Source of the DNA: Selaginella moellendorffii | Lineage: Eukaryota > Plantae > Lycopodiophyta | Assembly (NCBI RefSeq): GCF_000143415.4 | Contig: NW_003314261.1 | Span: 4,084,880 to 4,148,879, forward strand | DNA length: 64,000 bases | Direction: 5' to 3' | Shown: in pieces, positions 49,234-59,710 of the stretch | How positions within the stretch are numbered: position 1 is the first letter of the stretch | Layout: each line of letters starts with the position of its first letter | The notes under the pieces: generated by a model | What the model was told of the DNA's origin: nothing | What the model saw: only the letters and a program-made list of their open reading frames with translations | Database searches by the model: none | Program-made: the position numbers and the translations under genes

Positions 49234-49660
49234 ACTCTAGTGGAGCCAGTTTGGCCAGAAAATGCTAGTGTGACCAAGGAAGGTTATACCCACGTAGTGG
49301 GTGATGATATAACTATTAAGGAGTTCAAGGCTAGAGTGAATACGAATGGATAAGTGGAGTAACTTAGTGAAGTGTTCAAGAGCTGACTTTATCTCCCCCA
49401 AGAGATTGAATGGTTGATACTCCCAATCCAAGTGTGGGTGGCACTACTCTAGTGGAGCCAATTTGGCTAGGAAATGCCAGTATGACCAAGGAAGGTTATA
49501 CCCACATAGTGGATGATGATATAACCATTAAGGAGTTCAAGGCTAGAGTGAATATGGATGGATAAGTGGAGTAACTTAATGAAGTGTTTAAGAGCCGACT
49601 TTATCTCCCCCAGGAGATTGAATGGTCAATACTCCTAATCCAAGTGTGGGTGGCACTACT
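49234..49660 (+). repeat. 212-bp tandem duplication
   Basis: actctagtggagcca at 49234 and 49446; units differ mainly by transitions. Confidence 0.93.
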
Positions 49661-49748
49661 CACTTGGATATCTAGCGTGGTTGATTAGAACCTTGCTTTA
49701 GCCATATGGCTAGGGCACCCAAAGGGAAAAGGTGAGGAAAGTACCGAC

Positions 49749-52700
49749 TGTTAGGAAACCCTCTTCCTCCCACCAGGTTCCTTGCCATTACCAATTCCCA
49801 AGCCATTATTCCAGCCATTATCTTAGCTATTACCCAATGGCTTCCTTTGAGATTGATTCTTATTCTTTGGGTGGTCCATGCAGCTTGGGCAACATAAAAC
49901 CATCAATTAGAAGCTTGGAACCAATGGTCCTTATTCTTCCATTTGCATTATAAAGGTTTAATAGCTACTGTATAAAATCGTTCACAATCAACATCAGTCT
50001 TGGGGCTAATTGTCGTTTGTTTCTTTTTTTTGGGTCCTTTCCTTTTCATTCCATGGCCAATTCATGCTTCTTCATCAAGGTGAGTTTTCCTTCCAAATTC
50101 ACTAGGAAGCGAGTTGAGTTATAGAGCTTCCTTAACAAGATGGATTTCATCTTCAAGATACAACCTTGGCACCACTCAACGATGGAGTTTTAGATTAGTG
50201 CCATTGGCACTCTCCTTGATGGTCCTACTCTCTCATGGTTCTCCCCACTCTTGAAGAAGGATCTCAGGGGTACCACTGTTCTAGACTGCATGACCTCAAG
50301 CTCTTCAAGGAGAAGCTCACTACTTGCTTCAATGACACTAATCAAGTTTGTTTTGCAACCATCAAAATGCAATGACTTTCACAAGGCTCTCATCTCGCCT
50401 CTGTCTATGCCACTGATTTTCAACTCCTCATCCTTGACACATTGTGGGATGATCAAGCGTTGGTGGACCAGTTCCGATTCGGCCTCTGCGACAATGTCAA
50501 GGACTTGTTGATCATGATAGAAGATCCAACGGATCTCAATGATGCCATTGAGAAGGCAATAAAGTGTGACAATTGGCTATTCGAATGGCATCATGAACCA
50601 CGCTGCCATTTTTCTTCTCCAACACCTTGTCCGGCCATCTAACTCCCACCTCAACACCCTTTACGGCAACTCCAATAGAGATTGACATCGGCACAATGCC
50701 TTTTACCAATCGTAAGTGCCTCTCTCCAGTTGAGTGTCAATGCTGCATGGACCTAAACCTTTGTCTCTACTATGGGGACTCGGGACACAGGGCAGTTGGA
50801 TGTCCTCAGAAGCCACCCCGTCTTTTGCAAATGGAGTTGCCATCTTCGCCCGTTGAGGAGCCTGAAACATCTGTGCCGGGAAATGGGGATGTCCAATCAG
50901 AGTAGGAGCTGCCAAGTTGGATCATTGTGCAAGGAATAAAATCTCTCTTTGTTCAACATCAAGCTCCTCCACCTCCACTTCTCTTTCCATTCCATTCTTA
51001 TCTGCGACCACAATCTCCATCAACTTCCACCTTTTCGTGACTCTAAGGATTCTTGGTTCCCGGTCACTAGTGCTGCATACCATAGTTCTATTGGACTCTA
51101 GAGCAACTTCATGTTTCATAGACAAATCTTTTGTCCAGTAGCACAGATTCCCATCTCAACATTTGTTTGTACGACTCAAACCATTGAAGGTATTGGAAGC
51201 CATGTTGTTTCTCCTTCAATAGGGCTTTGGGCCACAATTCCTCTCCGAGTTCAGGTGGGGGATCTTTGCACTAATGTTGCCTTTAACATTATCTCCAGCA
51301 AGCACACTGTTGTGGTTCTTGGCTCCTGTGGTTCCATCTTCACAACCTGCAAATCGATTGGGAACACTTACAGCTTGCTCCATTGCCCTCAACTCTTGCT
51401 ACCGATTCGAGTTTGGGTTCTACATCCACACCAAAGGGTTGGGGTCCTACTGTACTTAGTTGTGCAGCCAGCACATCACCAGCACTTGACACTCCTTCAA
51501 TAGGGACTCGTGGAACAACCATTGCCAAAGGTGCTGCCGACGACCCACAGCCCCACCGGCCATTGTTAGTGGTTGTACAACACTCTTCTCTAGATCCATT
51601 AGTAGATAAGTCATGTTTCCCACTCCATTTCTTCCCTCCATTAGCTTTTCCATCCATTGAGAAGTTGGTTCTTCTCATTTCTACTTCCCATCTAGCCGTT
51701 TCACTACCATTATCAAACCCTTGATGCATTCTTGACCTTAGCCCATGTCCTTTGTCTATTTCTACCATCACCATGAAAGAATTAGTTGACGAGTCTGAAC
51801 CCCTTCAATTATTTGCTTTGATTGTTAATCCTGTTTATCATTCCATTGACTCAACTGTTTGCTTGTTGGTGAAGTATTAGGATTTCCATAATGTTTTTGA
51901 CAAGAGAAAAGCTAGTGGTTTGCCTCCTCATCATCTTTATAACTGTGCTATTGAGTTATAAGAGGATGCTTAGCCCCCATGGGGACCCATCTACAATCTC
52001 TCACCATTAGAGCTGGCTGCCCTCAAGGAGTATATGGACTCTAATTTGGAATCTAGCTTCATTTGGCACTCTTAGCCACTTGCAGGGGCTCCCATTTGCT
52101 TCGTCAAAAAGAAGGATGGCACCTTGCGGCTAGTGGTTGACTACTGTGGCCTCAACAAAGTCACCATGTAGAACCAGTACCCATTGTCTTTGATCCTAGA
52201 GTTGTTGAAACGGTTGGGTGGGGCTTGGTTTTTCACCAAGATCTACCTTCAAGGAGCTTACAATCTCATTAGGATCAAGCCTAGGGACAAGTGGAAGATG
52301 GCTTTTTAAAGTTGTTATGGCCATTTCGAGTACATGGTGATGCCATTTGGTCTCACCAATGCCTCTGTTATTTTTCAACATTTGGCAAACGATATCTTTA
52401 GGGAGTTTTTGGATTAGTTTGTGGTTGTTTATTTTGATGATATTTTGGTTTTCTCTTGCACTCAGGAGGAGATGATCAGCATGTACGGCAAGTGTTGGCC
52501 AAGCTCTGGGAACACAACCTTTATGCAAAGCTTGAGAAGTGTTTCTTCAATCGGGATTCCATTGAGTATCTGGGGTATATTGTGTTTCCACAAGAGGTTG
52601 CAATGGATCCTGCAAAGGTAAAAATGATCCAAGAATGGGAGGTGCCGAAGATTGTCACTGACGTGCAGTGTTTTCTTGGTTTCACTAACTTTTACCATAA

Positions 52701-53945
52701 GTTCATTGACGGGTACTCTGACTTGGTGTTGCCATTAACAGCTCTGACCCACAAGGACGTGCCATTCGAGTGGTCCCCAGCTGCCTAATCGGCATTCAAT
52801 TCCCTCAAGGTGGTTTTTGTTTCAACCCTGGTTCTCATCCATGCGGATCTGAGCAAGCCATTCTTTGTTGAGGCTGATGCATTTGATTTTGACTTGGCTG
52901 CAACCATTTCTCAGCTTGGTGATGATGAGGAGCTTCATCCAGTTGTGTTCCATTCTTGGAAGTTCCATGCAGTCGAGATCAACTACAGGATCCATGACAA
53001 GGAATTCCTTGCCATTATAGACTCATGTCATGAGTGGCATTGTTTCTTAGAGGGTGCTGCGCATCAGATGATCGTGTAGACAGATCATAAGAACTTAGAG
53101 TTCTTCTCTTCAGCTTACTAAGGGTTTTGAGCCATCAACAAGCATGATGGGCTCAATTCCTCTCTCAATTTGATTTGGTTATGCCGGGAAAGCAATAAGG
53201 GTTGACGAATGCTCTTTCCCATCGGTCTCCAACCTGGTGACCTAGCCTTTGATGACCAGAACCAGGTTCTTTTGGGGCCAGACGGGCTCTAGCTTTTGGC
53301 CATCTCAATGGCTCTGCTAGATCCAGCCATTACAGCGGCCATTCAGCAGGATCTCCAACTGGATGACTTTGCTTTGGTGTTTCCTCATTTTCAACTTGGT
53401 CATCCTCCTTCTTCTACCTGCACCCAGCTTGACAACTTCACCTTGTTGGATGACCTCTTGTACCATGGTGACCAGCTGTATGTTCTTGCTAGCGATGCTT
53501 GACGACTTGTTCTTCAACGGCGACATGATGATTGAGCAGCTGGCCATTATGGTGAGCATAAGACTTTTGAGTTGGTTTCTAGGGATTATTGGTGGCCTAA
53601 GATGCGGGAGTTTGTCAAGGACTTCATGGATTCCTGTGACATATGTGCCCAGAACAAGCTCCTGTGCCATTCACCATCAGGGCTGCTCCACTTGCTACCA
53701 GTGCCAATGGCTCCCTAGGAGTCCATTTCGATGGATTTCTTGACTGATCTTCCACCTTCCCATGGTTTTGATTCCATCCTTGTGGTGGTGGATCAATTCA
53801 CCAAGATGGCCCATTTCTTGCCGTGCTCAAAGTCCATCACCGGCACAGCAACTGCCACCTTGGTGCTCAAGGAGGTGTTTCCAACTTCATGGCCTGCCAA
53901 TGGACATTGTCATTGACAGGGGACTTTAGTTCATCTCCAATTACT
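49749..53945 (+). mobile_element. Tcn1/Tf1-sushi-type chromovirus (Ty3/gypsy), 3'-truncated inside integrase
   Basis: Possible LTR TGTTAGG...GTTCACA 49749-49986 with no TGG PBS. Gag WDDQAL..QFRFGL, PIEID, NLCLYYG..GH...CP; PR LLDSRAT; RT LQGAYNLIRIK, YFDDIL; RNase H LHPVVFHS..EINY.IHDKE; integrase SMDFLTDLPPS. Clade call is from motif memory. Confidence 0.88.
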
Positions 53946-53959
53946 AGTGCCGTTTTCTC

Positions 53960-55331
53960 GAGCTCATAGAGTGATAGTAAGCAGTGGCCAGTCATAGTGG
54001 AGCTCTTGTAGTACAGTGAAAGCAATGAAATTCTGTCTCTCCAAGTGCTGAGCTGATCCAAGGCATGGAAATCATGATCCAAGAGCACCATAGATTTCAA
54101 TCCCCCTCTAGTTGCAAAAGTTTCCTTGCAGTATGTTCTAGATTTTCGAGAGGATCAAGTGCTCCACCAACAATAGCAGCAGCATAGGATCAAGCCAGGT
54201 GCATAGGTAAAGGGAAAATCTGAGGAGTCGAAAGGAATGGATTTCTTGAGTCTACCAGGAGTAAGACCATATGCTTGGTATATATAAGTGTCGTCCATGC
54301 AAACGTCTTGGGGGTGGCCATTATCTGGATAGAATTTGCCGTGGACCCGCAAAGTTTGAAAAAATGGTCGTTCATTCTTGCAATGGTGACACCAACCAAT
54401 ATCTCGTGTTTGTTTCTCGACCTTGAACTTTTTGCAAACATGGCAGTTGCAACAAACAGAGATCGCTCGAGGATTTTCAGGGATAAAGTGGCCATGTACT
54501 TATTGAAAAAACATGCATCATGAACCACTGGTAAAGATCAAGAAAGACATATCCCAAAGAAGTTTTTTCCGTATATGAATGAAATAGAGTGCAATTGTTT
54601 TTGTATGTGGTCCCAAGTTGTATCATCAAGAATTTTCAAGACAATAGTCAAGAGTGCAATGCTAAACACATTTTTATCTTTAGTTCCTCGGAGATTATAG
54701 AAAATACGACTTAGCATGTCCCTAGCAAACCATGATGATTTGAGCTCATGATAGACATGGTCCATATCACCCAGCACATGCACCTATTTTTGAAGTTCAC
54801 CCAAAAAATTCAATCAGAATATTACAAATACCTTATAGGTGTTTTCAGCTTCAGGATCATCAGCAATGAATATGATGTTTATAGTGTTAGGCATTTGATC
54901 CACACCAGTGATTACTGCAGTAATTGTTGCAAAAGTATAAGCAGAAGCATCCCCTGCAAACTGATTCAATGGAACAATGTCTGATGACTTAACAAAGTCA
55001 AGCACTGGAGGAGCCTTCTCTGGCCATGCTCCAACATGTGTGGCCGTAAAAATATCTACCAAGAGACAATGGAGCCCCAAATGATATTTCAGATTCTTAA
55101 CTCTAACCTTTTAGTGTTGAATATACAACTAGTGAGCTGGCTTGAAAAGGTGGCTATATTTATTAGCAGCGTTGGCTGCCATAGAAGCTGTCTCAAGGTG
55201 CATGCTATAGCTATTAGTAAAATCAATGTTAAGGAACCTTGATGTTGATGCCATTCTTGTTGAGTGGACCTCATGTTAGAAATCATAACTACCGTATCGA
55301 GATAATACATATATAAGAAGTGGCTCACCAC
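53960..55331 (-). pseudogene. RPA1/RPA70-like ssDNA-binding protein (OB folds + Zn finger), Helitron type, disrupted
   Basis: Hand translation: FLNIDFTNS..LETASMAANAANKYSHLFKPAH.LYIQ..KVRVKNLKY (DBD-A-like), DIVPL...ATITAVITGVD..IFIADD..VHVLG (DBD-B-like), CHVC-x14-CHHC...QAYGLTP (DBD-C Zn finger); GT-AG intron ~54784-54831; several stops. Confidence 0.7.
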
Positions 55332-55489
55332 CTAAATAAAGTTGTAAATCCACAATATGAACATATACATATTGTGTTTCCTTAGAGGAAGCAATTAGAT
55401 TCCATACGTCAAAGTCTAGAATGCTATATAACTTGCGTTTAGCTAAAAAATCCCATTATTAACCCATAACTAAAAAAAAATTCTAAAAT

Positions 55490-57405
55490 TGAGCAGTACC
55501 TCCTACAATCGCACGAGGCACTTGGCTGGAAGTCTATGTCTGAATGCCTGGATCTAGCCATAAATAAGGTTTAAAAAGCAAAAAAGCCAAGTGCCAATAT
55601 CTACTAAAGGGACTTTGAAAATGTAATGGCTATTTGAAGCCTTCTTGTACACCTATTCCTCAAGATGTAAAGCATTGTATTGGAATAGACAAAGTATCTG
55701 AAGCATTAAGATGTGTAAGGCACTTAGAACCTGGAAAGAAAAGTGATTAGATTTTGCCTTATCAAGATAAACACAAACCTAGTTCACTGCTCTCTCCACC
55801 CATCTCTAAATCACCTAGAATTGGTTGTTGCTGCGAAGAAACATCATCTGGCAATGGCTGGTAATTGTAATCTATATGGTCTTGAGACCCCACATTAGAA
55901 TCGCTAGCTGCCCCTGTCATTGGAGAGAGAGATCCTAAATGAAGCAATTGATTAAGTTTGGGTTAATCACAACCATTGGCCCAAAGCCTTGCTTAATTTT
56001 TGCCACATCACTGGGCATTTTTGCTCGACAGGAGAGATGACAAGTCACCATCAACACTTTGCATGCTACATATGTCACTGCTCCTTCCTCTCCAGTTTGG
56101 CCTCCTCCCATTGTTTTGCTGTGTTGTGGTGTTGGTAAATTTTCTTCTTTTCGCTGTTTTGTTGCTGTTCTTCCTACCATATGTGTTGCGGGAATCTGTG
56201 ACTTAGTGCTGTTGGGGAGAGCCAGGACTGTAAATCCCTGTTTTGTAAGATTTTGTATACTTGGCTGTCTATGTGTTGTCGGCAGATTGGACATTCATCC
56301 TTTGGTCCTTTGATAACCTGGAGAACATGAAGAGAACGGTGAGCAAAGTTTAAAGTCGAGAGAGAAAAGAGAGATTTTTACCTTCAAGATACATTGCATG
56401 CAAAAAGTATGGCTGCGGTCCAGTTTGGATGGCTCTACGTAGTGCTCTAGACGAAGAACAGGAAGAAACGAAGTAAGCTTGGATTGTTACAACAATTTGC
56501 GAGAGTGGGACTTACTGAGACAAATGCAGCAAATGATGTCGTTGTGTGGCGGTGCGAGGTTGAAAACTTCGTTGAGATCCAGCCCCATCATCTTCTCTTC
56601 GGTTGACAGAGATGGAGGTTGATCATGGTGTTCTTCCGGTATGTGCGAGTTGGAAGAGCTCTTGCTGTGATGCGGGCTGGCGAATGGACTCTTGGGAAGG
56701 TTGTGTCCATTCCCATCGGTGCTGCTAGAAGTTTCCAAAGTGAGTAATCAAGTTCTATCATATGACTGTGACGTAAGCATCATCGGGAAGTGGATGAAGA
56801 GCTTCACTCTCATTGCCACCTTCGCCCTCCAGCACGTCCATGATGGCCAGAGAAGATCCAAACAAAAAAAATCCAACCTTCCAGTGTTAGCACTACTTCA
56901 TTCATCCCATTCCCATGGCTGCCGCTACTGCTACCGCCACTGTTGTTATGCTCCATGATTCGTGGAGTTTCTAGGAGCCTCGGGGGAGTCCAAGCTAACA
57001 TGAACTCCATTGAGGTTGGTCGTGGAAGCGGTGTTGTTTAGCTTCCTGTCTTGCTCGTTGAGCAGTAGTAATTTTGAGGTTGTCACAGCCTCCGCAGCCT
57101 CTACCTCAGCAGCACGGTCTCGGGGCGAATCTTGTAGATGCGATTGCAGATGTAGATGTTGTCAGGCTTCACGTCCAGGTGAGCAAGGCTGTGCTGAGTG
57201 AATGTGCTTCAAAGTGTTTAAGAGCTTAAATCACCTCGTCCCATTTCTTGACAGTGGAGTAAGAATGAAGATCATACAAATTCTACGCACCACCAATACC
57301 TTGATTTGATGGAACTCCTCATGGTAATGCGATGAAGAGCCAAAAGCAGAGACACATCATGTATGAGAATACCAAAGTTATGAAAGAAGAATGACAAATA
57401 ACAAC
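55490..57405 (-). pseudogene. Multi-exon unknown gene remnant upstream of the RPA-like exons
   Basis: Splice-like boundaries, Ser-rich ORFs and a CxxCxxxxH motif (IICCICLSKSH); no family recognised. Confidence 0.3.
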
Positions 57406-57703
57406 TTGCGATGGGGTTCTCAGGACAAAGACACCAGCGTTGACATAGTGCGTCCGATTTGGATCGCGAATCAGCAGCAGCAGTAGGGGCTCTCTTGCCT
57501 TAATGGGTTGTGGCTCGCCCGTTAACTTGATCTAACCGTTGGCAGCTATCGGATCGAGTCAAGTTCTCTGCGAGAACGTGGCTGACAGGTGCCAGGTTCT
57601 CCAGAACCCAGCTGCCAGCCGCCAAGTTCTCCAGAACCCTCTCATCCTCCAATAACGTTATTCCACGTGTCCATTAACGGTCTCACCACAACCCGTTAAG
57701 GCT

Positions 57704-57804
57704 GTTCCCGGGCACGTGCTCGCTCGTTCCCTCCAGAACGCACTCGCCGGGCTAATGCCCGGCTCGCCCGTTCTGGGCGGGAACGTGCTCGCCCTACCGG
57801 GAAC
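57704..57804. other. GC-rich ~100-nt stem-loop
   Basis: Nested arms gttcccgg/ccgggaac, cgttccc..ccagaacg/cgttctgg..gggaacg and gccgggc-taat-gcccggc. Confidence 0.75.
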
Positions 57805-57980
57805 TGCCTCGCCTCATAAACCCTAGAAAAACATACAAAACAAAACCAATTCGCTTGACAGGCCACGACACATGTCGCTGGGCCTTCCTCTCTCGCCACA
57901 CGCGGCTTGGCTGCCTCCCATTGGCCGGGAGCAAACATCAGCACAATTATTCGCTAACACGTGGTTAAAGAAATAACCCC

Positions 57981-58130
57981 TTTACAGTTACCCCCCCATC
58001 GGACGGCCCCGATTGGCCAGATCCGGCGGCCCACAAAGTTCGGCATTTGCTCCTCTTTCACGGTTACCCCCCATCGGACGGCTGCAATTGGCTGGATCCG
58101 GTGGCCCAGAAAGTTTGGCAACTCCTCCTT
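57981..58130. repeat. ~75-bp tandem duplication at the candidate Helitron 5' end
   Basis: gttaccccccatcggacggc...attggc..gatccgg.ggccca.aaagtt.ggca occurs twice. Confidence 0.9.
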
Positions 58131-58495
58131 ATTATGATAAATACTGCTCTTTAATTGAAAGTTCAAGTTCCTGCATGAACAATCGAACCTCTTGTCTGCG
58201 ACAGATCTATCACAGGCGCATCCACAGACTCCATATTGACTCACTCCACGGGCCAACCGCCCACGAAGGGTGAAGAGAGACAGAGGAGATTAGTAGTAAT
58301 TGAATTGGACTGTAATCATTCCCCTGCTGCCGCCATAGTCTTGAAGGAAGATTGCTGACTCCGTGAAAGTGAGGGTGGAGAAGTAGAGCTGGAGCATGCG
58401 TGAGATCTTCGTGCAATCGCATCCTCTCCACGTCCTAGAAACAAAACCCAGGATTTCCTATGTTCGGGAAAAACCTATATCGTTTTTTCTCGGCT

Positions 58496-59538
58496 ATGGC
58501 GGTCGCTAGCATTGGCGTCTTTGCTCCCAGGTACTCGTAGTTCTTGGGAGCTCTTCACTGACACGGTCTGAGTAGGTTCTATGGAACAAGGAAAGAATGG
58601 TGTTTCAGCAGTAGTGCTGTGATGGGCTCGAGTTTGAAACTCTCCCAGGAGCTCGGCGACTGCCCCTGTGGTCTGGCTCACAAGAGCAGCATTGTTGCAG
58701 CACTGCGCACCAGCGGGGGATTCGGAAAGCGGCCAGAGGCGAAAGCCAAGCCCAAGATTCTGTAAGCTCTCCTTAGATAGGATCTTAATCACACTCCTAC
58801 ACTGCGCGCCTTGTGAAGGAAGGAACTCGAGGTAAACAAGGTGGAGAGCACAGACACGTACAAGATCTTTGCTCGCAAGGTCGCAGGGGTACGTAAAGCT
58901 TCGTGACGATGAAATCTCTTGCGCGTAGATTTACGCGAGCTTGCCCAGGAGGAGGTCCAGTCGAAGTGGGAGTCGATCGGAGAGATTCTGATAGAGTCCG
59001 GAGCCAGCGTCGAGGTTGCGCTCAAGGAAAGGAAGAACTTCCTCGCAGCTGGAGTCAAGTATCAGGCAAGCGCCATACCTTGAAACGCGATGGATCACAA
59101 TTTCGTGCTCCTCCCATTGTTCCAGCATCCTGTTTTGGTGATCCTGGAGAAGGGCGAGGCGGTGGAGTATGGCGTCCAACTGGCGCCTCCCAAAGACGCC
59201 AAAGACGCCAAAGAGGAGGCGACGAAAGGTGGCGATGAGAAAGAAGCTCCGGAGATCACTGTGGTGGACTTGGGTGGGAAGCAGCCCGAAGAAACAGTCC
59301 CAGCGATTCTAAGGTGACAAAAAAGCTTCGCTCTCTTTCGCTCACCTTGTGCTGGACTCTCCCTGTCTAGAGTGGACGACGGCAAATCACCAGGAAAGAC
59401 GCGGAAGTTCTGACTAGCGCGTGCGAGGAGGCCAAACTCTCGCAGGCTTTACGAGCACCAGCGAATTCTGCCAATGCTGAGAATGCCACCGCGATTCAGG
59501 AGCAGATCAAGCTGCTACTAACACCATCCATCGCATAA
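58496..59538 (+). CDS. Putative plastid-targeted HHL1-like protein, 6 exons
   Basis: Spliced product: transit-like N-terminus ending GGFGK, then YKIFAR...KWESIGEILI..V..ALKE....L..G..YQHPVL....VEYG. This resembles the IF.R..W.PVG...A..L..P.L..LEYG pattern of HHL1-type proteins as recalled. Confidence 0.55.
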
Positions 59539-59710
59539 GAAGAAAGAACAAGAAAGAAAAAGAAGCACGAATCTGGAAAGCTAGAAGACGTGCAAAGTGT
59601 AAAATTCCTCTACAGTCTCACACCCTCAAATGAAAAGAAAGTATGTCTTCCTTCCAAGGAAAAGTTACCACTATACACATATTACAGGTGGAAAAAAAGG
59701 AAAAGGAGAC

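Larger units (their letters stand above)
46640..49700 (+). mobile_element. Decayed Ty3/gypsy pol fragment and repetitive 3' region
   Basis: [42 protein letters not shown], followed by RNase H and integrase remnants. Confidence 0.88.
34833..58137 (-). mobile_element. Candidate 23.3 kb Helitron with nested retroelements and cargo genes
   Basis: Minus-strand 5' end A|TCATAATAAGGAGGAG at 58137; 3' end decayed hairpin (tgtccagc-taat-gctaagta) next to CTAG|T at 34833; flanks rejoin as A|T; internal RPA1-like gene. No Rep/helicase recognised. Confidence 0.5.
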
